Source: Eledone cirrhosa
Lineage: Eukaryota
Assembly (NCBI GenBank): GCA_964016885.1
Contig: CAXHJY010000589.1
Coordinates: 128,603 to 192,602, forward strand
Direction of reading: 5' to 3'
Length of the DNA: 64,000 nt
Shown: positions 56,008 to 64,000 of the stretch, in pieces
Numbering within the stretch: the stretch's first letter is position 1
How the letters are laid out: each line of letters starts with the position of its first letter
Notes under the pieces: generated by a model
What the model was told of the DNA's origin: nothing
The model's input: the letters and a program-made list of their open reading frames with translations, nothing else
Databases searched by the model: none
Made by a program: the position numbers and the translations under genes

Positions 56008-56027
56008 TGTGTATATATATATATATG

Positions 56028-56082
<55 letters not shown>

Positions 56083-56091
56083 ATACATATA

Positions 56092-56130
<39 letters not shown>

Positions 56131-56187
56131 ATACATATATATATGTATATATATATATATATATGTGTATATATATATATATATGTA

Positions 56188-56841
<654 letters not shown>

Positions 56842-56926
56842 GTGTATATATATATATATGTGTATATATATATATATGTGTATATATATATATATGTGTA
56901 TATATATATATATGTGTATATATATA

Positions 56927-57012
<86 letters not shown>

Positions 57013-57202
57013 AGCGGTTGCTGGTCCGGCAGAAATTAGAATTTGGATTTAATGCTCTGAAATAGCGATATATATGTGAAGATAAACACAGAATATTCGA
57101 AAATATTCTGTATCTTTATAATAAACATTTTGAAGACCTAATCGCTATAGAATAGAATACATCACGTATTACAATTTGAGATTCTCGATAAAAGCAAGGG
57201 AA

Positions 57203-57245
57203 GTAACCTACGCGTTTCATTCTTATTAGAAATCATCAGGATTAC
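57203..57245 (-). ncRNA. Hammerhead ribozyme, CGCG family (left arm of fold-back)
   Basis: Reverse complement of 57377-57419. Confidence 0.8.
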
Positions 57246-57376
57246 ATATCCAGTGCTTTTATCGAGAATTCTAATTTCTGCCGGACCGGCAACCGCTCTT
57301 TCAAACCAGTTCCTGTACACAGCTAAGTATTCTATAAGTCTCTAGCTGTGTCATTCTCGATAAAATCACTGGATAT

Positions 57377-57419
57377 GTAATCCTGATGATTTCTAATAAG
57401 AATGAAACGCGTAGGTTAC
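57377..57419 (+). ncRNA. Minimal hammerhead ribozyme, CGCG family
   Basis: GTAATC-CTGATGA-tTTCT aata AGAAt-GAAA-CGCG-TA-GGTTAC, enclosed by an outer CTCGATAAAA/TTTTATCGAG stem. Confidence 0.85.
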
Positions 57420-57580
57420 TTCCCTTGCTTTTATCGAGAATCTCAAATTGTAATACGTGATGTATTCTATTCTATAGCGATTAGGTCTTCAAAATGTTTA
57501 TTATAAACATACAGAATATTTTCGAATATTCTGTGTTTATCTTCACATATATATCGCTATTTCAGAGCATTAAATCCAAA

Positions 57581-64000
<6,420 letters not shown>

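Overview
Repeat-dense, AT-rich animal DNA, most likely an octopod cephalopod (inferred from the SINE families and microsatellite load). The only host-gene sequence I can support is the first coding exon of an SLC6 neurotransmitter:sodium symporter on the - strand (22007-22184). No further exon is visible downstream, so 1-22006 is probably one large intron. The rest is tRNA-derived SINEs (about 28 copies of one family, 3 of another), RTE and mariner remnants, MITEs, a tRNA pseudogene, a 5'-truncated Penelope-like retroelement (RT plus GIY-YIG, about 38.0-40.2 kb), and many mini/microsatellites. The main discovery is a dense set of type I hammerhead ribozyme (HHR) motifs, read and base-paired by eye. 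(i) A tandem array of nine ~468-bp units (51493-55666), each with an intact HHR, has the layout of a retrozyme or ribozyme satellite that could yield circular RNAs. (ii) About 20 more intact or decayed HHRs from several families sit in short, often fold-back elements inserted into (TA)n tracts, three of them on the sense strand of the presumed SLC6 intron. No folding software, database search or activity test was run.
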